A stretch of DNA of 24,000 bases from Burkholderia cepacia (GTDB lineage Bacteria > Pseudomonadota > Gammaproteobacteria > Burkholderiales > Burkholderiaceae): the NCBI RefSeq assembly GCF_001718835.1, contig NZ_CP013442.1, forward strand, positions 628,775 to 652,774. Reading direction: 5' to 3'. Position 1 is the stretch's first letter. Each line of letters opens with the position of its first letter. The notes below the pieces were generated by a model. The model saw nothing but the letters and a program-made list of their open reading frames with translations, was not told the origin of the DNA and did not search any database. The translations under genes were made by a program, and so were the position numbers. Shown here in pieces: positions 1-9,400 of the stretch.

Positions 1-3000
1 TCACAGATGTCCTTCCAATGCAGAGATTTCCCGTTCGAGCCGGGCGACCAGTTCGTCCGCGGACAGGTCGGTCCGCGCGGCCGGCGCGGCCTCGTCCTGC
101 ACATCGCGGCGCGCGGCCGCCGCCGGAGCGGCCGCTGCGGCCGTCTTGCCCGCCTCGTCCGCCAGCGCGGCGAGATGCGCGGCGAGCGCCACGATGCTCG
201 GGTAGTCGAACGCTATCGTCGGCGCCAGGCGCCGCCCCGTGAGCGCGCATAGCTCGTTGCGCAGTTCCATCGCCATCAGCGAATCGAGGCCCAGCTCGCG
301 CAACGGCATCTGCACGTCGAGTCGCGTCGACGGCCGAGTGCCCGTCACCTTGCGCACCGCCTGCTCGACCAGCATGCGCGGATCGACGTCGCGCCCCGGC
401 GCGGCGGCCGCCGGCGACGGCGCGGCCGAAGGGTTGCCCACGTCCGCCAGCAGCGACGGGCGCACGGCGCGCGTCTGCGCGACCGTCGCCCAGTCGGCCG
501 CGATCACCGCGACCTGGCTGTCGGGCGCGTTCAGCAGCCGCGCGAGGCTGGCCATGCCGCTCGCCGGCTTTAGCAGGAACTGACCTTGCGCGCGCAGCCG
601 GCGCAGCGCGGCGGCCTCCATCGAACCCGCCATGCCGGCCCCGCTCCAGCCGCCCCAGTTGACAGCGAGGGCCGGCAGGCCGAGGCGGCGGCGGTACTGG
701 ACCAGCGCGTCGAGATAGCCGTTGGCCGCCGCGTAGTTGCCCTGGCCCGCTGCGCCGAGCGCCGATGCAATCGACGAGTAGACGACGAAGAAGTCCAGCG
801 GCACCCCACTGGTCCGCTCATGAATCCAGCGCGCACCGTCCGCCTTGGGCGCGATCACGCGGCCATAGCGCGGCTCGTCGAGCGCGCTCAGCGGCGCGTC
901 GTCGAGCGTGCCGGCGGCATGCAGCACGCCCCGCAGCGGCGGCCAGCCGTCCGCGAGCGCGGCGAACAGGCTATCGACATCCGCCTCGACGCCGATGTCG
1001 GCAGGCGTCCAGCCGCACCGTACGCCGCGCGCCGACAGGTGTTCGAGCAGCGCGTCGAGCGCTGCGTCGCGGGTTCGGGAGGTCAGCAACAGGTGCCGGG
1101 CGCCACGCTCGACCAGCCATTGCGCGGCTTCCCGGCCGAGTGCGCCGCTGGCGCCCGTGACGAGGTAGGTCGCGCCGGCCGGCAACGCGTCGCCGTCATC
1201 GTCCGCGACGCGCAGCACGACCTTGCCCACGTGACGGCCCTGCGCCATCGTGCGGAACGCCGCGCGCGCGTCGCGCAGCGGATGGACCGTGCGCGGCAGC
1301 GGCTGCAACTCGCCGCGCGCGAACATCGCCTGCAGTTCGCCAAACAGCGCTTCGATCCGTTCGCCCGGCACGTCGGCGATGTCGAAAGGCAGGTAGCGCG
1401 CGCCCGGATGATGCGCGGCGACGCGCTCCGGCGGCCAGATCTCCGCCTTGCCCATTTCCAGGAAGACGCCCGACGGGCCGAGCGCGCGCAGGCTTTCCGG
1501 GATGAAGTCGCCGGTCAGCGCGTTGAGCACGGCGTCGACGCCGCGGCCGCCGGTGCTCGCGAGAATCTCGTCGGCGAAGCCCAGGCTGCGCGAATCGAAG
1601 CGATGCTCGACGCCCAGCCGCTCCAGCACGCCGCGCTTGCCCGCGCTCGCGGTGGCGAACACCTGCACGCCCATGCGTTGCGCCAGCTGGACCGCCGCGA
1701 GGCCGACGCCCGTGGCGGCGGCGTGAATCAGGATGCGCTGGCCGCGCGCGAGACCGCCGAGCGTCGTCAGCGCGTAATGCGCGGTCAGGAAAGCGACAGG
1801 CACCGTGGCCGCCGCCTCGAACGACCAGTCGTCGGGCATCCGCGCGACGTAGCGGGCATCGACGACCGCATGCGACGCGAAGCTCCCGTCGGCCATCGCC
1901 ATCACGCGGTCGCCGACCCGCAGCGTCGTCACGCCATCACCGATCGCGGTAACCACGCCGCTCAACTCGCCGCCGATGCCGCTCGCGCTCGCCGGCAGCT
2001 TGCCGAGCACGCGCAGCACGTCGCGGAAATTGAGGCCGGCGGCGCGCACCGCGATCGCGACCTCCCCGCGTCCCGGCTGCGGCGCCGCGCAGGCGGCCAG
2101 CGCCAGCGACTCCAGCCGGCCATCGGCCGCCGCCGTGAGCCGGTACGACGCCGCGGTCGGCACGGCCAGGCTGTCGTCGCCGGCGGCCACCCGCAGCCGC
2201 AGCGCGTAGCGGCGCGCACGCAGGCACACATCGGTCTCGCCGTCGGTGCGCCACAGCTCCGGCCACAGCGCGTCCGCCGCCGCGTCGTCCGGCAGGCCGC
2301 GCGCCAGATCGACGTTGGTGCAGCGCAGGTCCGGGTACTCGACCGCGAGCGTGCGACCCAGCGCCGCGATCGCGCCGGCCGCCGGCACGCCCGGCTCCGG
2401 ATCGTCGGCCGGCGACCACGCGCCCGCGGTCACGAGCCACAGCTTGAAACCCGGCGCCAGCGGCGCAGCGGCGAGCGCGACGGCCAATGCGCCGACGCGC
2501 GCGGCCACGCCGGCGATCGCCGTGCTGCCCGCCGCGACGTCCAGCTCCGGCACGACGCGCAGCGCGCCCCGCAACGGGCCGGGCGCGTCGCGCAATGCCG
2601 CGGCGATCGCGTCGCGCCCCGCCGCCTCGTCGACGCGCACGAGCGTCACGTCGGCGCCGCCGCGCGCGAACCTTGCCTCGAGCGCGGCGCAGCGCGCGGG
2701 CGCGCCGACCAGCAGCCAGACGCCTGCTGGATCGTCCGGCCCAACGGCTGCGTCGACCGGCGTCCATTCGATCGCATGCTCGGTCGGCTCCGCCGCTTCG
2801 GGCGCCGCGGCCGCCGGTTCCGCGAGGCGGCGCAGCGTCATGCCGCGCACCTCCATCACCGGCGCGCCGTCGTCCGCGAAGAGGCGCAGCGTCGCGCGGA
2901 TCGTGTCCGGCTGCGCGTCGCCATCGCGGTCCAGCCAGACGGCCACCCGCGACGCGGCAAACGGCCGGGTGTCACGCGACAGCACGACCTCGTCGAACGC

Positions 3001-6000
3001 GAGCGGCACGAAGGCCCCGTCGCGCAGTTGATAGACGAGGCACGCGGCGGTTGCCTGCAGCGCCGCGTCGAGCAGCCCGGGATGCACCGTGAGCCCGTTC
3101 GTCGTCCCTTGATCGAGCAGGGTCGCCTCGGCGCGATGCGCGCCGTGACGCACGTCGGCGAGCGCCTGGAAACTGCCGCCGTAGCCCAGCCCGCGCCGCG
3201 CGAATTGCGCGCGCAGCGCATCGCCGCCCAGCTGCCCGACGAGCGCGTCGTCGGCGGCGTCGAACGGCAGCGCGCCGGCTTCGCGCGCGACCGGCGCCAG
3301 CTCGCCGCGCGCATGCTCGGTCCAGCCCGCTTCTGCGCGCGCGGCGTCGCCCCGGCTGTGGATCGCGAAGCGCCTCCCACCATTCGCCGGCGCGGAGACG
3401 ACCAGCTGGATCACCCGGGTCTCGTCCTCGGCGAGGCGCAGCGGCGCGCTCAACACCACGTCGCGCACGCCCGTCGCGACGCCGTCGCCCAGCGCATCGC
3501 ACGCCTCGAGCGCGAGGCTCAGGTAGAAGCTGCCCGGCACCAGGATCGCCCCGGACAGGCGGTGGTCGCGCAGGAACGCGTGGCTGCGCGCGCTGCAACG
3601 CTGCTCGAACACGGTCGAGCCGTCCGCGACGTCGACGCGCGCGCCGAGCCCGGACGCCGCGATGCCAGGCGCACCGCCCGCGGTCTCGGCATCGTCCGGT
3701 TCGACCCAGTAGCGCTTGCGCTGGAACGGATAGGTCGGCAACGCGACCTTGACCGGCCGCTCGACGCGATGCAGCGACGCCCAGTCCAGCGCCGCGCCGC
3801 GCACGTGCAGCCCCGCCGCGCTCTCCAGCATCTGCTCGACCTCCCCGCGCCCCGGGCGCAGGCTCGCCAGCGACACCACCTCGCTGTCCGGCCCCAGCGT
3901 CTGCCGCGCCAGCACCGTCAGCGTCGGACGCGCGCCGATCTCCAGCACCACGTCCACGCCCTGCGCCGCCAGCGCCTCGATCCCAAGACCGAACCGCACC
4001 GGCGCGCGCGTATGCTCGACCCAGTACTCCACCGTCGCCACTTCCGCCCCCGCCACCGCGCCGCTCACGTTCGACACCAGCGGCAACTGCGGCGCCGACA
4101 GCCGCGTCGCCTTCAGCACCGCCTCGTACGCCGCCAGCATCGGCTCCACCAGCGGTGAGTGAAACGCATGCGAGCCCGGCAGCAGGTCCGTGCGTACCCC
4201 TTCCTGCGCCAGCCGCGCACGCAGCGCCTCGATCTGCGCCGACGCCCCCGCCACCACCTGCTGCGACGGCCCGTTCAGCGCGGCGATCACCAGCCCGCCG
4301 CCCTGCTCCGCCAGCCGCTCGCGCAGCGTCGCCGCGTCCAGCATCACCGACAGCATCGCCCCGCCTTCGCAACGGCTCTGCATCAGCCGCCCGCGGCTCG
4401 CCACCAGCTTCAGCCCCGCCTCCAGCGTCAGCACCCCGGCCGCCTGCGCCGCCATGTACTCGCCCAGGCTGTGACCCATCACCACCTGCGGCGTCACGCC
4501 CCAGCTCTCCCACGTCCGGCGCAGCGCATACCCCAGCGCAAACAGCGCCGGCTGCGTGTAGTCCGTGCGGTCCAGCAGCGCCGTCGACGCCCCGTACAGC
4601 ACCTCCAGCAGCCCTACCTCCAGCTCGCCTTCCAGCAGGCTCGCGCATTCGTCCAGCGCCGCCCGGAATACCGGCTCGCGCTCATACAGCTCGCGCCCCA
4701 TTCCCGCGTATTGCGAGCCCTGGCCCGTGAACAGCATCGCCACCCGCGGCCGGCGGTTCCGGTACACCCCGCGCAGCAGCGCCGGCTGCTCGCCGCCCTC
4801 GCCGAACGCGCGCAGCCGCGACACCAGCTCCGCCCGCTCGCGCACCACCCACGCCGCGCGCTGCTCGAACGCGCTGCGCCCCGTGTTCGCCGTGTAGCAG
4901 ATCGACGCCAGATCCGCCGAGCCCTGCTCCACGAACGATGCATAGCGCGTCGACAGCGCGCGCAACGCCTCCTCGCTGCGCGCCGACAGCGTCAGCACCT
5001 GCGCGCCGCGACCCGCGCCCGAAGCTTCCCGCACCACCTCCGGCGCCGATTCCAGGATCGCATGCGCATTCGTGCCGCTGAAGCCGAACGAACTCACACC
5101 GATCATCTTCAGCGGCGCGTCGTTTTCCGTCAGGCGCGTCGGCACCGCCAGCCCGCTGCCGGCCCAGTCGAAGCGGGGGTTCGGATTCGTGAAGTTGAGG
5201 CTCGCGGGTACCCGCTGGTGCTGCAGCATCAGCACCGACTTGATCAGCCCCGCGATGCCCGCGGCGGCTTCCAGATGGCCGATGTTGGTTTTCACCGAGC
5301 CGACCAGCAGCGGCCGCTGCGCGGTGCGCCCGCGCCCGTACACCTTCGCCAGCGCGGCCAGCTCGATCGGGTCGCCGAGCGGCGTGCCCGTGCCGTGCGC
5401 CTCGACGTAGCCGATCGCGCCGGCCTCGACGCCGGCATCCTTCAGCGCGGCTTCCAGCAGGCGCTCCTGCGCCCGGCCGTTCGGCACGGTCAGCCCGCTG
5501 CTCGCGCCGTCATGGTTGATGGCCGTGCCGCGAATCACGGCCAGGATCCGGTCGCCGTTAGCGCGCGCGTCGTCGAGCCGCTTCAGCACGATCACGCCGG
5601 CCCCTTCGCCGCGCAGATAGCCGTCGGCCGCCGCGTCGAACGTGTGACAGCGGCCGGTCGGCGACAGCGCCCGGATCTTGCAGCAGAACACCGTGGACAG
5701 CGGCGACAGCATCAACGCGACCCCGCCCGCGAGCGCCATGTCGCACTCGCCCATGCGCAGGCTCTGGCACGCCTCGTGGACCGCGACCAGGCTGGCCGAG
5801 CACGCCGTGTCGACGAGCATCGTCGGCCCCTCGACGCCGAGCACGTAGGCGAGCCGGCCCGCCGCGATGCTCGGTGTGTTGCCGAGCCCCGCGTACGCAT
5901 CGACGCGCCGCGCGTCGCGGCCGAACGCGAGCCGCTCGTAGTCGTGCCAGCTCACGCCCATGAAGACGCCGCACGATGCCCCCCGCACCGCGCTCGGCGC

Positions 6001-6399
6001 GATCCCGGCATGCTCGAGCGCTTCCCAGCCCACTTCCAGCAGCAGCCGCTGCTGAGGATCGAGCGACACGGCCTCGCGCTCCGCGATGCCGAAGAACGCC
6101 GGGTCGAAGCTGTCCACCGCGTCCAGGAAGCCGCCGCGCCGCACGTACATCTTGCCCGGCGCCTCCGGATCGGGATCGAAGAAGTGCTCGACGTCCCAGC
6201 GGTCCGCCGGAATCTCCGTCGTCACGTCCCGGCCGTTCGACAGGACGTCCCAGAACGCGTCCGGGCCCGCGACGTCGTGCGGAAAGCGGCAGCCGATGCC
6301 GACAATCGCAAGCGGCTGGCGCCGGGCCCGCTCGAGCGCCTCGACCCGCTCCCGCGCGAGCTTGAGCGCCTGCGCGATCCGTTGCTGCGTTGTAGTCAC
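1..6399 (-). CDS. Type I modular polyketide synthase, one fully reducing module: KS-AT-DH-ER-KR-ACP, no thioesterase
   Basis: Complete ORF: GTG start at 6397-6399 with GGGGA 7 nt upstream, TGA at 1-3. Motifs read from the translation follow. KS: DTACSAS / EAHGTGT / NIGHLE (approx nt 5050-6315). AT: GQGSQ, GHSLGE, YTQPALF, HAFHS, i.e. malonyl-type (approx 3820-4743). DH: HRLSGAILVPG, LGYGGSF, LLDAALQ (approx 2830-3657). ER: LNFRDVL ... HAAATGVGLAAVQLA (approx 1207-2157). KR: TYLVTGASGALG, LDD, SSIASALGAAGQGNYAAAN (approx 625-1173). ACP: LGLDSL (approx 160-378). The N-terminus has a coiled-coil docking-like helix, QRIAQALKLARERVEALERA. Confidence 0.95.
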   Translation of the reverse strand: MTTTQQRIAQALKLARERVEALERARRQPLAIVGIGCRFPHDVAGPDAFWDVLSNGRDVTTEIPADRWDVEHFFDPDPEAPGKMYVRRGGFLDAVDSFDPAFFGIAEREAVSLDPQQRLLLEVGWEALEHAGIAPSAVRGASCGVFMGVSWHDYERLAFGRDARRVDAYAGLGNTPSIAAGRLAYVLGVEGPTMLVDTACSASLVAVHEACQSLRMGECDMALAGGVALMLSPLSTVFCCKIRALSPTGRCHTFDAAADGYLRGEGAGVIVLKRLDDARANGDRILAVIRGTAINHDGASSGLTVPNGRAQERLLEAALKDAGVEAGAIGYVEAHGTGTPLGDPIELAALAKVYGRGRTAQRPLLVGSVKTNIGHLEAAAGIAGLIKSVLMLQHQRVPASLNFTNPNPRFDWAGSGLAVPTRLTENDAPLKMIGVSSFGFSGTNAHAILESAPEVVREASGAGRGAQVLTLSARSEEALRALSTRYASFVEQGSADLASICYTANTGRSAFEQRAAWVVRERAELVSRLRAFGEGGEQPALLRGVYRNRRPRVAMLFTGQGSQYAGMGRELYEREPVFRAALDECASLLEGELEVGLLEVLYGASTALLDRTDYTQPALFALGYALRRTWESWGVTPQVVMGHSLGEYMAAQAAGVLTLEAGLKLVASRGRLMQSRCEGGAMLSVMLDAATLRERLAEQGGGLVIAALNGPSQQVVAGASAQIEALRARLAQEGVRTDLLPGSHAFHSPLVEPMLAAYEAVLKATRLSAPQLPLVSNVSGAVAGAEVATVEYWVEHTRAPVRFGLGIEALAAQGVDVVLEIGARPTLTVLARQTLGPDSEVVSLASLRPGRGEVEQMLESAAGLHVRGAALDWASLHRVERPVKVALPTYPFQRKRYWVEPDDAETAGGAPGIAASGLGARVDVADGSTVFEQRCSARSHAFLRDHRLSGAILVPGSFYLSLALEACDALGDGVATGVRDVVLSAPLRLAEDETRVIQLVVSAPANGGRRFAIHSRGDAARAEAGWTEHARGELAPVAREAGALPFDAADDALVGQLGGDALRAQFARRGLGYGGSFQALADVRHGAHRAEATLLDQGTTNGLTVHPGLLDAALQATAACLVYQLRDGAFVPLAFDEVVLSRDTRPFAASRVAVWLDRDGDAQPDTIRATLRLFADDGAPVMEVRGMTLRRLAEPAAAAPEAAEPTEHAIEWTPVDAAVGPDDPAGVWLLVGAPARCAALEARFARGGADVTLVRVDEAAGRDAIAAALRDAPGPLRGALRVVPELDVAAGSTAIAGVAARVGALAVALAAAPLAPGFKLWLVTAGAWSPADDPEPGVPAAGAIAALGRTLAVEYPDLRCTNVDLARGLPDDAAADALWPELWRTDGETDVCLRARRYALRLRVAAGDDSLAVPTAASYRLTAAADGRLESLALAACAAPQPGRGEVAIAVRAAGLNFRDVLRVLGKLPASASGIGGELSGVVTAIGDGVTTLRVGDRVMAMADGSFASHAVVDARYVARMPDDWSFEAAATVPVAFLTAHYALTTLGGLARGQRILIHAAATGVGLAAVQLAQRMGVQVFATASAGKRGVLERLGVEHRFDSRSLGFADEILASTGGRGVDAVLNALTGDFIPESLRALGPSGVFLEMGKAEIWPPERVAAHHPGARYLPFDIADVPGERIEALFGELQAMFARGELQPLPRTVHPLRDARAAFRTMAQGRHVGKVVLRVADDDGDALPAGATYLVTGASGALGREAAQWLVERGARHLLLTSRTRDAALDALLEHLSARGVRCGWTPADIGVEADVDSLFAALADGWPPLRGVLHAAGTLDDAPLSALDEPRYGRVIAPKADGARWIHERTSGVPLDFFVVYSSIASALGAAGQGNYAAANGYLDALVQYRRRLGLPALAVNWGGWSGAGMAGSMEAAALRRLRAQGQFLLKPASGMASLARLLNAPDSQVAVIAADWATVAQTRAVRPSLLADVGNPSAAPSPAAAAPGRDVDPRMLVEQAVRKVTGTRPSTRLDVQMPLRELGLDSLMAMELRNELCALTGRRLAPTIAFDYPSIVALAAHLAALADEAGKTAAAAAPAAAARRDVQDEAAPAARTDLSADELVARLEREISALEGHL
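3701..5076. repeat. Copy 1 of a 1376-bp direct repeat (KS-AT linker + AT + post-AT linker cassette)
   Basis: Hand alignment to 9306-10681 at a constant offset of 5605 nt gave no indels and 12 mismatches, at copy-1 positions 3758, 3760, 4028, 4031, 4035, 4087, 4599, 4615, 4630, 4652, 4669 and 4684. The boundaries fall at the GTNAH (KS end) and YPFQRKRYWV (post-AT linker) codons. Confidence 0.95.
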
Positions 6400-6430
6400 C
6401 TTGAAGTCCCCATGTTTGTGCGCGTGATGC

Positions 6431-9400
6431 TCAGCGGCGCAGCGACGCCTCGAGGCGCGCCAGTTCCGCGTCGACGTCGTCCGCCGGCTCGCCCGCCGCC
6501 TGCCCCGGACTCCCGGCCCCGGCCGCCGGCATCGGCTCGTCCGCCGCCGGTGCGCGTTCCGCCTTCAGCCGCTCGAACAGGAAGTCGGCGCCGAGCTCGA
6601 CGTTGCCGTAGTCGAACGCGAAGGTCGCCGGCAGCGACAGCCGCAGGTCGCGCTGCACCTTGCTGCGAAACTCGACGGCGGCCAGCGAATCCAGCCCGAG
6701 CTCCAGGAAGCCGCGGGTCGGCGCGACCTCCTCGGCGGTGCGGCCGAGCATCACCGCGATCTGCGCCTGCAGATAGGTCGCCAGCGCGTCGTGCAGGGCC
6801 GGCAGCGCCAGCGCGTCGAAGCGGTCGCGCTCGTCGTGGGTCGCGGCGGGCGCGGCGTCCGCCGCCTCCTTCGGGAACCAGTCGGCGAGCAGCTTGCGCA
6901 CGCCCTCGGACGGTTCGGTCTGCGCGTAGCGCTGCCAGTCGTCGTTGCCGATCACCACCGTGGCCGCGTCGGCGCGCCGCGCCGCTTCGACGTGCTTGAG
7001 GAGCTCGTCCGGCGACAGCGCCTGCAGGCCGCGCGCGGCCGCCTTGTCGCGATGCGCGCGATCGAGCGCGGCTGCCATCCCGACTTCGGCGAACGGCCCC
7101 CACTGGATGCTCGTGGCCGGCAGCCCGAGCGTGCGGCGGGCGCCGACGAGCGCGTCGAGGTACGCGTTAGCCGCCGCGTAGCTGCCCTGCCCGGCGGTGC
7201 CGAACAGCGCGCTGATCGACGAGAAGCAGACGAAGCAGTCGAGCGGCGCGTCGAGGCTCAGCGCATGCAGGTTGAGCGCGCCCGCGACCTTCGCGTGGAG
7301 CGGCACCGCGAACTCCGCCCAGGACTGGCCGCCCAGCACCCCGTCGCGCAGCGCGCCGGCCGCGTGGAAGATGCCCTTCAGCGGCAGCGGGCCGGACAGC
7401 ACGGTCTCGTGCCATGCGGCGCGCAGCGCCTCGAGATCGGCGACGTCGCAGCGGGCCAGGTCGACCGTGCAGCCCTGCTTGCGCAGCGCGTCGATCGCGG
7501 CGGCCGCGGCGGCGTCGGGGGCGCCGCGCGACATCAGCACGAGCCGCTTCACGCCGGCCTGCGCGAGCTGTTGCGCAAGGCGCAGGCCCAGCCCGCCCAG
7601 CCCGCCGGTGATCAGGTAGCTGCCGTTCGGCTCCAGCGGCGGCACGTCCCGGCGGGCCGGCTTCGCTCGCCCAAGGCGGGCGGCATGCACCGCGCCGTCG
7701 CGAAGCGCGAGCTGCAATTCGTCCGGCGCCGCGTGCAGCAGCGGCGCCAGCGCGGCGGCCGGGTCGGCCGTCGCGGGATCCAGGTCGATCGTGCGGCAGC
7801 CCCATTCCGGATGCTCGGACGCGACCACGCGCGAGAGCCCGGTCAGCGTCGCCTGTGCCGCGCGCTCGACGTTCAGCGTGCCGCCCAGCTCTTGCGCGCC
7901 CCCGGTGACGAAGCTCAAGCGAGCCGGCCTGTCGACCTGCGCCAGCGCGCCGACGAGCGCGAGTGCGCCACCGCACAGCTGCGCCTGGACGGCGAGCGGA
8001 TCGGCCGGCGTGTCGGCCTCGGCGCCGAAGTCCAGCGCGCGCAGGTCCACGACATGCAGGGTGCCCTTGCCCGCACGCGCCGCGACCGCACGCAGCGTGT
8101 CGCGCCATGCCGCCTCGCTCGCCGGATCGGCCAGCGGCACGCTCAGGTCGTCGCCGGTGTGCGATGCCGCATCGACCTGCAGGCAGCGCACCCCCGCGCT
8201 GCGCAGCCGCGCGGCCAGCGCCGCGCCGGTTCCAGCGCCGTCGCCGGCGACCAGTACGCAGTCGTCGGCCGGCAGCAGCGGCGTCGCCAGATCGTCGAGG
8301 CGCTGCCAGCGGGTCGCGAACAGGCGATCCGTTCCGTCGCCCTGCAACAGCGCATGCACCGCGCCCCGATGCAGGCGGCGCACCTCGAAGCCGCGCACAT
8401 GCGCGATCACGCGCCCCGAGTCCTCGAACACCCGGATATCCGCGGTCACGCCGTTCTCCTCGCCCTCGCCCTGCCGGACGATCCGCGCATGGACCCATAG
8501 CCGGTCGGTGGCGGGGCGGCCGTACAGGCGATAGCTGTCGATGCTGAACGGCACGTAGATGTAGTCGGTCTTGAGCAGCTCCTCGGTCGCGAACTGCCAG
8601 CAGCTGTTGAGCAGCTGGAAACCGGATTCGACGAGGCCCGCGTGGAACGGCCCGTCGATCGGTTCGAGCAGCGCCGGCAGACGCGTGCGGCACAGCGCCT
8701 CCGCGTCGCCCCGCCAGATCTCGTCGATCCAGCGGAACGAATTGCCCGTGTCCATGCCGGGAATCCACACTTTCGAATAGAAATCGGCGCCCGACAGGTA
8801 GTCCGCGCAGCGCGCCTTGACCGCGTCCAGCTCCGATGCGTCCGGGGCCGGCGGCAGCGCGCGCGGGCCTCGAATGCTGCGCGCCTCGACGTGGAGGGTC
8901 CACGCCGCGTCGTCGGCGGGATCGCGTTGCGGTGCGAGCGTGACCATCTCGATCGCATGCGACTGGCCGGCCGCCGGCCGCATCACGATCTGCACCGTGC
9001 GCCGTCCGGCCTCGGGCATCACGAACGGCCGGAGGAACAGGATTTCGTCGACGACGCAGCCGGCTTCGCCGTAGACCGCCTCGGCGGCGGCCAGGAACAT
9101 CGCGATGTGCGACGCGCCGGGCACGACCATCGCACCGAACAGGCGATGGTGGTCCACGTAGGCAGGCCAATCCGGACGGAATTCGGCCTCGAAGCGGACC
9201 TCGGTCGAACGCGGCAGCTTCAGGCGCCGGCCGAGCAGCGTGTGCAGGCCGCCTTCGTCGGACGCCGCGTGCCGGTGCGCGGACGCATCGGCGTGCTGGC
9301 TCGCGTCGACCCAGTAGCGCTTGCGCTGGAACGGATAGGTCGGCAACGCGACCTTGACCGGCTGGTCGACGCGATGCAGCGACGCCCAGTCCAGCGCCGC

